This document shows, in pieces, positions 15,758 through 22,351 of a stretch of DNA of 27,164 bases. Position numbers and translations under genes: made by a program. Every line of letters begins with the position of its first letter. Within the stretch, counting starts at the first letter, position 1. Where the stretch lies: IMG/VR virus record IMGVR_UViG_3300028373_000019, positions 1 through 27,164 of that record. The stretch is one strand, 5' to 3'. This DNA is from a virus. Taxonomy: Duplodnaviria > Caudoviricetes. Under the pieces are notes generated by a model that saw only the letters and a list, made by a program, of their open reading frames with translations, was not told the DNA's origin and made no database searches.

Positions 15758-15898
15758 ATGGAAAAACACACCAACCTCGGAGATGAAATCTTCACAATGA
15801 ACGAGCCAGACACATCATGGCACAGCACCCTAGTCGGAGTAGTAGTGATGATAGCCGTGACGTTTATTATTTATGTAGTAATGAGCTTAATTAGTTAG
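15758..15898 (+). CDS. Small membrane protein (46 aa)
   Basis: C-terminal hydrophobic helix LVGVVVMIAVTFIIYVVMSLI. Confidence 0.6.
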   Translation: MEKHTNLGDEIFTMNEPDTSWHSTLVGVVVMIAVTFIIYVVMSLIS

Positions 15899-15902
15899 TG
15901 GT

Positions 15903-16094
15903 ATGACAAAACAAGAACAAAAAGACGCAGCCTGGAAAGCCTATCGAGCTATCCGAGTACCAGCCTTTAAAGCCTTTAAAGCTATCGAAGAACCAGCCTG
16001 GAAAGCCTATGAAGCAGAACTAGCCAGAATCGACAACGAACCAGACGAAGACATTATCGAAGTGGACGGCAAGCGTTATCAGTTAATTAAATAA
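15903..16094 (+). CDS. Hypothetical protein with 11-aa repeats
   Basis: AWKAYRAIRVP/AFKAFKAIEEP/AWKAYEAE, encoded by 33-bp tandem repeats. Confidence 0.7.
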   Translation: MTKQEQKDAAWKAYRAIRVPAFKAFKAIEEPAWKAYEAELARIDNEPDEDIIEVDGKRYQLIK

Positions 16095-16099
16095 CACCG

Positions 16100-16393
16100 A
16101 TGACAAACCAAACAATAGAACAAGCGGTGGAGGAGTTTAAGAAACAATTTAATGCTTATCAAACTACTTCAAGTTCTCCTTACCCACTGTTGGTTGACTG
16201 GCTACGCCAAGCCCTACAAGCCCAACGTGACGCTGGGGCTAAAGAGGAGAGGGACAAGTGGGTCAAAGCCGTTGGCGAAAAAATAGACAAGAACACACGA
16301 GAGCTAATGATGTCATCGTTTAATGAAGGGGTGGCTGTAACGAGGGCGCAGTACGATGAGGCAATTAAAAACTTAACCCCACCCACTAAATAA
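16100..16393 (+). CDS. Hypothetical protein, paralogue of 16628..16912
   Basis: Shares the MTN..E..VE.F start, R(D/E)AGA(K/R)EER.K and the LTPPTK end. Confidence 0.7.
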   Translation: MTNQTIEQAVEEFKKQFNAYQTTSSSPYPLLVDWLRQALQAQRDAGAKEERDKWVKAVGEKIDKNTRELMMSSFNEGVAVTRAQYDEAIKNLTPPTK

Positions 16394-16395
16394 CT

Positions 16396-16614
16396 ATGAC
16401 TAAGATACGAGGCAAACAATTAAGAAACTTATCAGGTATTTTTTTTCGAGAAAAGATTGGTGACAAATGGGAAAATGTCTGCTTTGAAGAATGTAGTGAT
16501 AAAAAGCAAAAAGAGATTTTATCCCACAAGGACACTGAGTTCGTCAGGGGTATTGCTTTACACCTAGCAAAAACTATAAATGAAATTGGCGACCAGTTTA
16601 ATTTACAAAAATAA
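16396..16614 (+). CDS. Hypothetical protein
   Basis: 72 aa in the operon. Confidence 0.65.
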   Translation: MTKIRGKQLRNLSGIFFREKIGDKWENVCFEECSDKKQKEILSHKDTEFVRGIALHLAKTINEIGDQFNLQK

Positions 16615-16627
16615 ATAAGTAACACCC

Positions 16628-16912
16628 ATGACTAATATACCAAGCGTAGAGGAGAGAGTGGAGGGGTTTATGTCTCAATATGCGTGGGGTAAGTTTTTTA
16701 CCATTGAGCTAGAGCAAGAAGTTAGAGAAAACTTGCTTAAAACACTCACCGCCACACGTGAAGCAGGGGCTAGGGAGGAAAGGCAGAAGTGTGTTGCTGA
16801 AATGAAAACACACAAACATAATAGAAAGTTTATAACTGTTAACGGCACACTTCAAATGATGAGCATGATTGAACTTATAGAAACAGGTGCCCTAACCCCA
16901 CCCACTAAATAA
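16628..16912 (+). CDS. Hypothetical protein, paralogue of 16100..16393
   Basis: See paralogue. Confidence 0.7.
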   Translation: MTNIPSVEERVEGFMSQYAWGKFFTIELEQEVRENLLKTLTATREAGAREERQKCVAEMKTHKHNRKFITVNGTLQMMSMIELIETGALTPPTK

Positions 16913-16914
16913 CT

Positions 16915-17025
16915 ATGACAGCAACAGTAACCCTAGTCGTCCTCTGTACCCTACACAACTACATGATAAGTAACTGTGTACCGCCAGAGCTATTACCAAT
17001 GGAAGTAATGATGTGTGAATTATGA
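16915..17025 (+). CDS. Hypothetical protein (36 aa)
   Basis: MTATVTLVVLCTLHNYMISNCVPPELLPMEVMMCEL. Starts in the junction repeat and has an ATGA overlap with the next ORF. Confidence 0.45.
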   Translation: MTATVTLVVLCTLHNYMISNCVPPELLPMEVMMCEL

Positions 17026-17147
17026 CAATAGAAATAGACTTCAAAGTAACCCATACCCCAGGAGACTGGGAACACCATAACCAAATCCTAGAGAATTACT
17101 TTAGAGCCAAAGGAGTCCCCTACAAGGATGGTAGAATTACCTTGTGA
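17022..17147 (+). CDS. Hypothetical protein (41 aa)
   Basis: MTIEIDFKVTHTPGDWEHHNQILENYFRAKGVPYKDGRITL. Confidence 0.5.
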   Translation: MTIEIDFKVTHTPGDWEHHNQILENYFRAKGVPYKDGRITL

Positions 17148-17199
17148 AGAATCTGTGAATAACTCAAAAAACAACTAGCGGAGGTGGTATAGTTGTGGT

Positions 17200-18450
17200 A
17201 TGTCTACATATAAAGACGAGATTGAAGCGTACGTCAAAGCAAACCCTGGCTTATTTACCCGCCAGCAAGTAGCAAAACATTTCAATAAACCATATGACCG
17301 AGTTAGAAAAATAGCTACTGAGCGCAATCTTAGTAGCTTTTTTGATAGTGGTATAATTATGAAGGAAAGCTCATTAACACAGGAGGCTGTAATGACTGAA
17401 CCAACTCGGGCGGATGTCAACAGGCTCCGTCAAATATGTGAAGAACGTGGATTGCCCTTCGAGAAGTGGGGCATCTGGTGGGATAAAACCAAAGATTCTT
17501 CCATTGCTTTCTACAACAGGGAGGCGAAGGAAATCGAGGAAAAATCCCAAGAAGAATTCTTGAAACGAATATCTAAAGCTGCACCTCGCATAAAGAAATC
17601 GCCTGTACCGACAAAGACACTGGCGATTCCTGCAAACTTTGACATACATATCGGTAAGCACTGCGAACTGATACGTACGGGTCGTGACTATACCCCTGAC
17701 ATGGCGGTGAAGCAAGTCCTTGAAGGGCAAGCTGCACTGTTTGGACTCACTAAGCCGTTTGGTGTCACTGACATCTTGCTGCCAATGGGTAACGACGTTG
17801 TACACGTCGACGCCAACAACTCCAAGACTACTGGTGGTACACCACAAGACGTATACGGGTCTATTGAATCGCAGATGCTACTGGCAACTGAGATGTATAT
17901 CCGTTCTATCGAAGGGTTTGCTGTCAATCACAATGTCTGGCTGTGTCACGTACACAGTAACCACGATCGGGTAGCTGGCTGGAGCGTTAGCCAGATGGTC
18001 GCTCGATACTTCCACAACCACCCACGAGTACATGCGGCTATTCCATCTATTGGACAGCAACACCGCAAGTACTTTGTGTTTGGTGACAGTCTTATCATGT
18101 TCCATCATGGTGAGGCGAAAGAAGAAAAGTTGCTCGGCGTAATAAAGGCAGAGGCAGGACTTGCCCTTGCCCAAACTAACCGAGTGTACGTCTACCAAGG
18201 TCACACGCACCACCGCACCAAAAGCCGCCGAGGCCTAAACACAGAGATTGATGTTGAAAAAGACCACTCAGGTCTTACAGTAATCAAAGCGGGTAACGGG
18301 GCGGTCAACCAGATGTTTGTACAAACCGTCCGTTCACCGTCACCCGCAGACGACTGGCACTCACAAAAAATGTTTATAAACATCCCCTCAGTTGAGATGT
18401 TTATACACAACGACAAATGTCAATTCGCTCGGTTTACCCACGAATTGTAA
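17200..18450 (+). CDS. Calcineurin-like metallophosphoesterase with an N-terminal HTH-like segment
   Basis: DIHIG, GND, SNHD, HHG and GHTHH motifs. N-terminal TRQQVAKHFNKPYDRVRK resembles a helix-turn-helix. Confidence 0.85.
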   Translation: MSTYKDEIEAYVKANPGLFTRQQVAKHFNKPYDRVRKIATERNLSSFFDSGIIMKESSLTQEAVMTEPTRADVNRLRQICEERGLPFEKWGIWWDKTKDSSIAFYNREAKEIEEKSQEEFLKRISKAAPRIKKSPVPTKTLAIPANFDIHIGKHCELIRTGRDYTPDMAVKQVLEGQAALFGLTKPFGVTDILLPMGNDVVHVDANNSKTTGGTPQDVYGSIESQMLLATEMYIRSIEGFAVNHNVWLCHVHSNHDRVAGWSVSQMVARYFHNHPRVHAAIPSIGQQHRKYFVFGDSLIMFHHGEAKEEKLLGVIKAEAGLALAQTNRVYVYQGHTHHRTKSRRGLNTEIDVEKDHSGLTVIKAGNGAVNQMFVQTVRSPSPADDWHSQKMFINIPSVEMFIHNDKCQFARFTHEL

Positions 18451-18456
18451 AAACTC

Positions 18457-18487
18457 AAACCTCCCAGGAATGGGGGGTTTTTCTTTT
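18457..18487 (+). terminator. Intrinsic terminator
   Basis: AAACCTCCC-AGGAAT-GGGGGGTTT then TTCTTTT. Confidence 0.8.
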
Positions 18488-18523
18488 AGTGTATAATTGT
18501 AAGTTCAATCTTAATTTACTTTT

Positions 18524-18697
18524 ATGTTCATCGGCAACCGTATCAAAATCACCTCAGAAGAAACAACTAACTACGTGATACGAGACATACAGACCCAGGA
18601 TCAGCTAGAGAAGTACAGGGAGCTAGAGGGTTACGGTATAGAGGTGCTGCCAGTTGTCCACAACAACATGGCAGAGTGTGAGTCTTGCTCCGCTTAG
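18524..18697 (+). CDS. Small protein ending in CxxC (57 aa)
   Basis: MFIGNRIKITSEETTNYVIRDIQTQDQLEKYRELEGYGIEVLPVVHNNMAECESCSA. Has its own TATAAT at 18492. Confidence 0.65.
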   Translation: MFIGNRIKITSEETTNYVIRDIQTQDQLEKYRELEGYGIEVLPVVHNNMAECESCSA

Positions 18698-18714
18698 TAG
18701 TGTATAGTGTTATT

Positions 18715-18895
18715 AACACATCACACGAGCTGGGAGTACATCAGAAGCACAATTGTATTACCTCCGATGACAGTGTGGAAGCTGTCACCCCGAATAAAGG
18801 TTAGAAGTAGGCCACACAAACGAGTAACCTTGAAAGACCCAGTATCCAGTCTAGCTCTTAGGTGTGGACAACGCCCCTGTCACTGGGGGCTTTGT
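18715..18895 (+). ncRNA. Putative stand-alone structured small RNA
   Basis: TATAGT at 18703. Closing stem CACAC-GAGCTGG / CTAGCTC-TTAG-GTGTG, hairpins TGACAG/CTGTCA and AAGGTTA/TAACCTT, terminator GCCCC/GGGGC-TTTGT at 18873-18895. Confidence 0.6.
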
Positions 18896-18915
18896 GGTGT
18901 ATACTAAAAGACAGA

Positions 18916-19048
18916 GATGATAGGTAGTTCCCAGTAGTGGTGTGTTCAACAGGCGTATGATGTATTAAGTCACCGTATGGTGCGCTAACCTTTATCTCGA
19001 CAAGGGAGCGCCTATCAAGCAGACTACTACTGGGAACTACCTATCATC
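18916..19048 (+). ncRNA. Structured leader or RNA closed by a perfect 23-bp inverted repeat
   Basis: GATGATAGGTAGTTCCCAGTAGT (18916-18938) pairs with ACTACTGGGAACTACCTATCATC (19026-19048). Inner helices AGGCG/CGCCT and CACC-GTAT-GGTG. TATACT at 18900. Confidence 0.7.
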
Positions 19049-19074
19049 AACGTACTTTGACAAAGGAGGAGGCT

Positions 19075-19266
19075 ATGAAAACTGCATGTGTCTGGTGCTC
19101 TAAGATTGTCGAAGTCGCTGATGACTACGACGACCTGCGCCATAAGGCAGTCTGCTCACGCAGCTGTAAAGACGCGGAGACTGTGTTTAATCTATGGATG
19201 TCGGATGAGGAAATCAACCGGCGTGCTCATTACCGCTACCTGACAACAGGAGAGGACTATGACTAA
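19075..19266 (+). CDS. Small CxxC..CxxxC metal-binding protein
   Basis: CVWC...CSRSC. ATG 19075 follows AGGAGGAGG. Confidence 0.65.
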   Translation: MKTACVWCSKIVEVADDYDDLRHKAVCSRSCKDAETVFNLWMSDEEINRRAHYRYLTTGEDYD

Positions 19267-19504
19267 GAGAAAAAAACCTCGGGCGACCGAGGGTAACAAC
19301 TGGCATCACCGGCGCGCTAAAGTAAATGGTGGTTCTGGCAAGATTTCATCTGGCAATATGATTGAGGTGGATGTGTTAAAACATCGAGCCTTTCATCTAC
19401 TGTTTGGAACTAAAGAAACCGAACAGATTGCTGCAATCCTGAACAAGACTTGGATTGACCCAGCCTATGAGCTGGTAGTGAGGAAGCGCAATGAGATACC
19501 ATGA
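19259..19504 (+). CDS. Minimal HNH-motif protein
   Basis: NWHHRRAKVNGG...NMIEV...HRAFH. Confidence 0.65.
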   Translation: MTKRKKPRATEGNNWHHRRAKVNGGSGKISSGNMIEVDVLKHRAFHLLFGTKETEQIAAILNKTWIDPAYELVVRKRNEIP

Positions 19505-19703
19505 ATGGATACTGCAACAGTTCAGAAAGGAGCGTGAAATGGAAACTGTAACCTGTGCTAACTGTGGGCAAGTCCACATGGTGAGCGTGTCAGTCGCTAA
19601 GACTGTCTGGAATGGTCAAAAGGAAGTGACCTATCATTACTGCGGGCAAAATTGCCAGCAGGATGACTATCTCAAAAAACTTGCGGTGCAACTCTATGGG
19701 TAG
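19491..19703 (+). CDS. Small CxxC..CxxxC (TRASH-like) protein
   Basis: CANCG...YHYCGQNC. Alternative start at 19539 after AAGGAG. Confidence 0.6.
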   Translation: MRYHEWILQQFRKEREMETVTCANCGQVHMVSVSVAKTVWNGQKEVTYHYCGQNCQQDDYLKKLAVQLYG

Positions 19704-19884
19704 CCGCCGGTTTGAAATCCACACCTGCTGGATATGCGGGAAAAAAGACTTCGAGGAGAACATGCTCGAATACAACGACCATATGTTTTGCGGAATTATC
19801 TGCAAACTCAAACAGGAAAGGAAAGACAATGAGAATCTTGCTCGCCCTATGCCTCGTTCTGTGGGGTACTACGATAAAGGCTGA
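19696..19884 (+). CDS. Small CxxC..CxxxC (TRASH-like) protein
   Basis: CWICG...MFCGIIC. Start taken at ATG 19696, overlapping the previous stop. Confidence 0.5.
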   Translation: MGSRRFEIHTCWICGKKDFEENMLEYNDHMFCGIICKLKQERKDNENLARPMPRSVGYYDKG

Positions 19885-20101
19885 GGCGCCTAACACCATC
19901 AAGGACAACTATCCCTTGATAGCCGAGTCACCCTGCTCAGACAGCGAGTCTGACCAGTCTGGTCGCTGTTATATGTTTGACCGTGGCGATGGTACTTTCT
20001 ACATGGTTTTCACCCAACAAGGTGAACCAGTCTTTGTTCGGCAGACACTCAAAAAAGGTGGCTACATCACCGTCTGGCGGTTTGGCGAAGTCTCAGCCTA
20101 A
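19829..20101 (+). CDS. Putative secreted protein (90 aa)
   Basis: Signal-peptide-like MRILLALCLVLWGTTIKA from ATG 19829, after a purine-rich leader. Confidence 0.6.
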   Translation: MRILLALCLVLWGTTIKAEAPNTIKDNYPLIAESPCSDSESDQSGRCYMFDRGDGTFYMVFTQQGEPVFVRQTLKKGGYITVWRFGEVSA

Positions 20102-20105
20102 TCTA

Positions 20106-20137
20106 CAGCCGTCCTTTAACTAGGGCGGTTTTCTTAT
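20106..20137 (+). terminator. Intrinsic terminator
   Basis: AGCCGTCCT-TTAACT-AGGGCGGTT then TTCTT. Confidence 0.75.
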
Positions 20138-20185
20138 CCCCAATCTCCCCTTGTGTTATGTACGGGTGTTATATATATTAAAGGC

Positions 20186-20815
20186 ATGAATGAATATCAC
20201 AAAATAGAAACTCTCTTTGAGAGAGATATGGATGGAACAAAGAAACTTATAGAAGGTAAGTTTCGGAATGAATGCGTAGAGTATTTAAAAGATAACGAGT
20301 GGATGTTTACTGAAAAAGTAGATGGAACGAATGTGCGAGTCCACTGGGATGGTCATAAAGTTTCTTTTGGTGGAAGAACTGATAACGCACAAATGCCGAT
20401 GCCTCTAATGGAAAGACTGCAATTCCTGTTCGGCGGTAACACTAACGAAGAATTGTTTGAACAGAAGTTTGGTGCAAACCCTGTTACCTTTTATGGTGAG
20501 GGATATGGTGGAAAAATACAATCAGGGAGCCTCTATAAAGAAACGCAAGACTTTATTTTGTTTGACGTGAAGGTTGGTGAAACGTGGCTACAGCGTGAGA
20601 ACATAGAGGCATTGGCAGAAACATTTGCATTAGACGTTGTGCCAGTTATGCTACGTGGAACCATTCAAGATGCGATTGAGTATGTAAAAACTAGGCCCGA
20701 CAGTCCGATTGGTAAAGGGAAGCTAAGTGAAGGATTGATTGGAGTGCCACTAGCAAGACTCACAGACTTTAGAGGTAATAGAATTATTGTAAAGATTAAA
20801 GAATGTGATTTCTAA
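20186..20815 (+). CDS. ATP-dependent RNA ligase (Rnl2-like adenylation domain)
   Basis: Nucleotidyltransferase motifs I EKVDGTN, III FYGEGYG, IIIa FILFDV, IV EGLIG and V IVKIK. ATG at 20186. Confidence 0.85.
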   Translation: MNEYHKIETLFERDMDGTKKLIEGKFRNECVEYLKDNEWMFTEKVDGTNVRVHWDGHKVSFGGRTDNAQMPMPLMERLQFLFGGNTNEELFEQKFGANPVTFYGEGYGGKIQSGSLYKETQDFILFDVKVGETWLQRENIEALAETFALDVVPVMLRGTIQDAIEYVKTRPDSPIGKGKLSEGLIGVPLARLTDFRGNRIIVKIKECDF

Positions 20816-20827
20816 GAGCTACTTAAA

Positions 20828-20861
20828 TAAGAAACAGCCGTCTAACAAGCGGTTTTCTTAT
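20828..20861 (+). terminator. Intrinsic terminator, homologous to 20106-20137
   Basis: AGCCG-TCTAACAAG-CGGTT then TTCTTAT. Confidence 0.65.
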
Positions 20862-20874
20862 GATACAATACCCG

Positions 20875-21050
20875 CACAAGCCAGCAGCCTATTGTAGAAG
20901 GTAAGCTGGCTCGGTAGTGTGTTGAGTCTGTACTACAGCACTACTTAAAACCCGTGGTTGCAATGAAGACCACCGTCCTCTGCAATAGAAATAGCGCAAG
21001 CGTCATACAGAACCCCACGATAACGGCTACAACCGCGTGGGGTTTATTAT
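20875..21050 (+). ncRNA. Two-hairpin RNA plus downstream target/attenuator region
   Basis: TGA-TACAAT at 20861-20869. Hairpins AGCCAGC/GCTGGCT and GTAGTG/CACTAC. Terminator-like AACCCCACG/CGTGGGGTT-TATTATTT. Confidence 0.6.
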
Positions 21051-21121
21051 TTGAACTATCCTGTAAATTCAATTTGGTTATCCCCAGCAGTTGCAAAATA
21101 TGCAACAACTGCGTGCTATAG
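20963..21121 (+). CDS. Possible leader ORF (52 aa)
   Basis: MKTTVLCNRNSASVIQNPTITATTAWGLLFELSCKFNLVIPSSCKICNNCVL. Runs through the attenuator-like hairpin and stops 9 nt before the next ATG. Confidence 0.35.
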   Translation: MKTTVLCNRNSASVIQNPTITATTAWGLLFELSCKFNLVIPSSCKICNNCVL

Positions 21122-21130
21122 TGGGGAAAC

Positions 21131-21400
21131 ATGATAACTAATGCGCGAAAAAAATGGGGAATAGACGCTATTTGTAAGGAACGGGGTATAAAAATATCAC
21201 CCTCCCAACGAAAGTACCTAAACTGCCTAGTGTTAGAGCATGTCGCTAGAGCTAAGAAAAAAGGAAACCTGCTTGTGGATGTGTCTTTTGATGATTTAAA
21301 CGAATCGTACCAGTATTTTTTATACGACCACTACCTTAATGAGGTGTTAACCATCCCCGAAATATCTTCGGAGGTGTTGGGAGATAACGGTGTGTTCTAA
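21131..21400 (+). CDS. Hypothetical protein
   Basis: 89 aa. TGC-TATAGT lies 8 nt before the ATG. Confidence 0.65.
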   Translation: MITNARKKWGIDAICKERGIKISPSQRKYLNCLVLEHVARAKKKGNLLVDVSFDDLNESYQYFLYDHYLNEVLTIPEISSEVLGDNGVF

Positions 21401-21432
21401 TTGGGGATAACGACAATAGACAGAGCTAAATT

Positions 21433-21526
21433 TGGTATAATTAACTAACTAGGAAAAGCACCTAGTAACCCGTTTAGTTTCGACTTCCACGGTATTAGTT
21501 AATCAACGCTTATAAAACAAAACAAT
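21433..21526 (+). promoter_or_regulatory. Promoter and structured leader of the transglycosylase locus
   Basis: TGG-TATAAT at 21433-21441. Hairpins ACTAGG/CCTAGT and CCGT/ACGG. Confidence 0.6.
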
Positions 21527-21838
21527 ATGAAGAACATAATCCTAGTGGGGATTGTGGGTGCAGTACTGGGAGGTATGACACTAATCGGATATTTGAACGA
21601 ACCAACAGAAGCGGTCAACGTAAAGACTGAAACTGTTATTGAAGAAGTACACCCTGACTGGGCAACGGATGCAGACGCTGTAGCTGCCGCAGAGGCGGTT
21701 GTACTACGAAAGGCACAAGAAGCAGAGTTAGAAGCCTTAGAAGCTAGTTTTGCGTCCTCTACGGCGACGTATGAAGCAGAGCGAACAGACTTCCTAGAGA
21801 ATAAAGAGCGAATTGAGAAGCTTATTGGGAGTTATTGA
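21527..21838 (+). CDS. Membrane-anchored coiled-coil protein (N-terminal part of a probable read-through protein)
   Basis: Hydrophobic N-terminus MKNIILVGIVGAVLGGMTLIGYL. Ends in a TGA that is in frame with 21863..22186. Confidence 0.75.
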   Translation: MKNIILVGIVGAVLGGMTLIGYLNEPTEAVNVKTETVIEEVHPDWATDADAVAAAEAVVLRKAQEAELEALEASFASSTATYEAERTDFLENKERIEKLIGSY

Positions 21839-21862
21839 AGAGAGGACGAAAATGTTATTCGG

Positions 21863-22186
21863 TTGATCCGAGAAACATTCCCAGAGATGCCTAACACCGC
21901 CGTGGCAGTAGCGATGGCAGAGAGTGGGATGGTGATGCAACAGAGTAGACACAAGTATCCTAAAGACATGGACGGACAGAAGGCTGGCAGTCGAGAAAGG
22001 TCCTGGTGTATTTACCAAATTCATGAACCTGTCCACCACGCCAACGCTGTACGGTTGGGATATGAGAACTACAAGACAGACGTAGAGGATTGCGTCAAGA
22101 TGGCGAGAGTCATCTACGACCAAGCGGGCGGATGGAGTCCATGGACGGTGTACGTGAAAAAGATGCACCTTGCATACGTGAGGTAA
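21863..22186 (+). CDS. Lytic transglycosylase (lysozyme-like) domain
   Basis: AVAMAESG (catalytic Glu), CIYQI, ARVIYDQAGGWSPW. Confidence 0.75.
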   Translation: MIRETFPEMPNTAVAVAMAESGMVMQQSRHKYPKDMDGQKAGSRERSWCIYQIHEPVHHANAVRLGYENYKTDVEDCVKMARVIYDQAGGWSPWTVYVKKMHLAYVR

Positions 22187-22216
22187 AAAAAAGCACCTGT
22201 AATGGGTGCTTTTCTT
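22186..22216. terminator. Bidirectional intrinsic terminator
   Basis: AAAAAAGCACCT-GTAAT-GGGTGCTTTTT. Confidence 0.8.
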
Positions 22217-22250
22217 AATACTCACTATACTGCGAGTACGGCTGGTAGTC

Positions 22251-22345
22251 TTGACTGTGTTGAGATAACATGATAAAATTATGAGCGTATTAGCCTTGTA
22301 ATCTAAAGACAGCAACTACTTACAAGGCGGTTGCTGTCTTTTAAT
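22251..22345 (+). promoter_or_regulatory. Near-consensus sigma70 promoter with a pseudoknot/attenuator leader for the HNH-AP2 gene
   Basis: TTGACT-17-TAAAAT with TGn. GCCTTGTAA/TTACAAGGC is interleaved with AAAGACAGCAAC/GTTGCTGTCTTT. Confidence 0.75.
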
Positions 22346-22351
22346 ATAAAA

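Larger units (their letters stand above)
16374..16919 (+). repeat. 27-bp direct repeat spanning gene junctions (16374-16400 and 16893-16919)
   Basis: TAACCCCACCCACTAAATAACTATGAC occurs twice and covers the last codons, stop, spacer and next ATG. Confidence 0.9.

Noticed and set aside
16978-16984. Further GTACCGC operator copy
   Set aside because: Inside a coding region with no nearby promoter; a 7-mer is expected by chance.
17175-18416. Minus-strand and alternate-frame ORFs within the phosphoesterase gene
   Set aside because: Shadows of a gene with a complete catalytic motif set.
18707-18907. 66-aa ORF over the putative small RNA
   Set aside because: Its GTG start overlaps the -10 element and it reads through a terminator. 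The RNA interpretation explains the helices better.
18916-19048. MITE or IS remnant
   Set aside because: Single copy in the window, no flanking target-site duplication, no transposase. Inner helices and the upstream promoter fit an RNA structure better.
21836-21838. Genome-wide TGA recoding (code 4 or 25)
   Set aside because: Long genes are intact in code 11 and several genes end in ATGA overlaps. Only this one TGA looks internal.
22281-22301. Six-codon minigene MSVLAL in the HNH leader
   Set aside because: The ATG lies 1 nt after the -10 hexamer, upstream of the expected transcription start.
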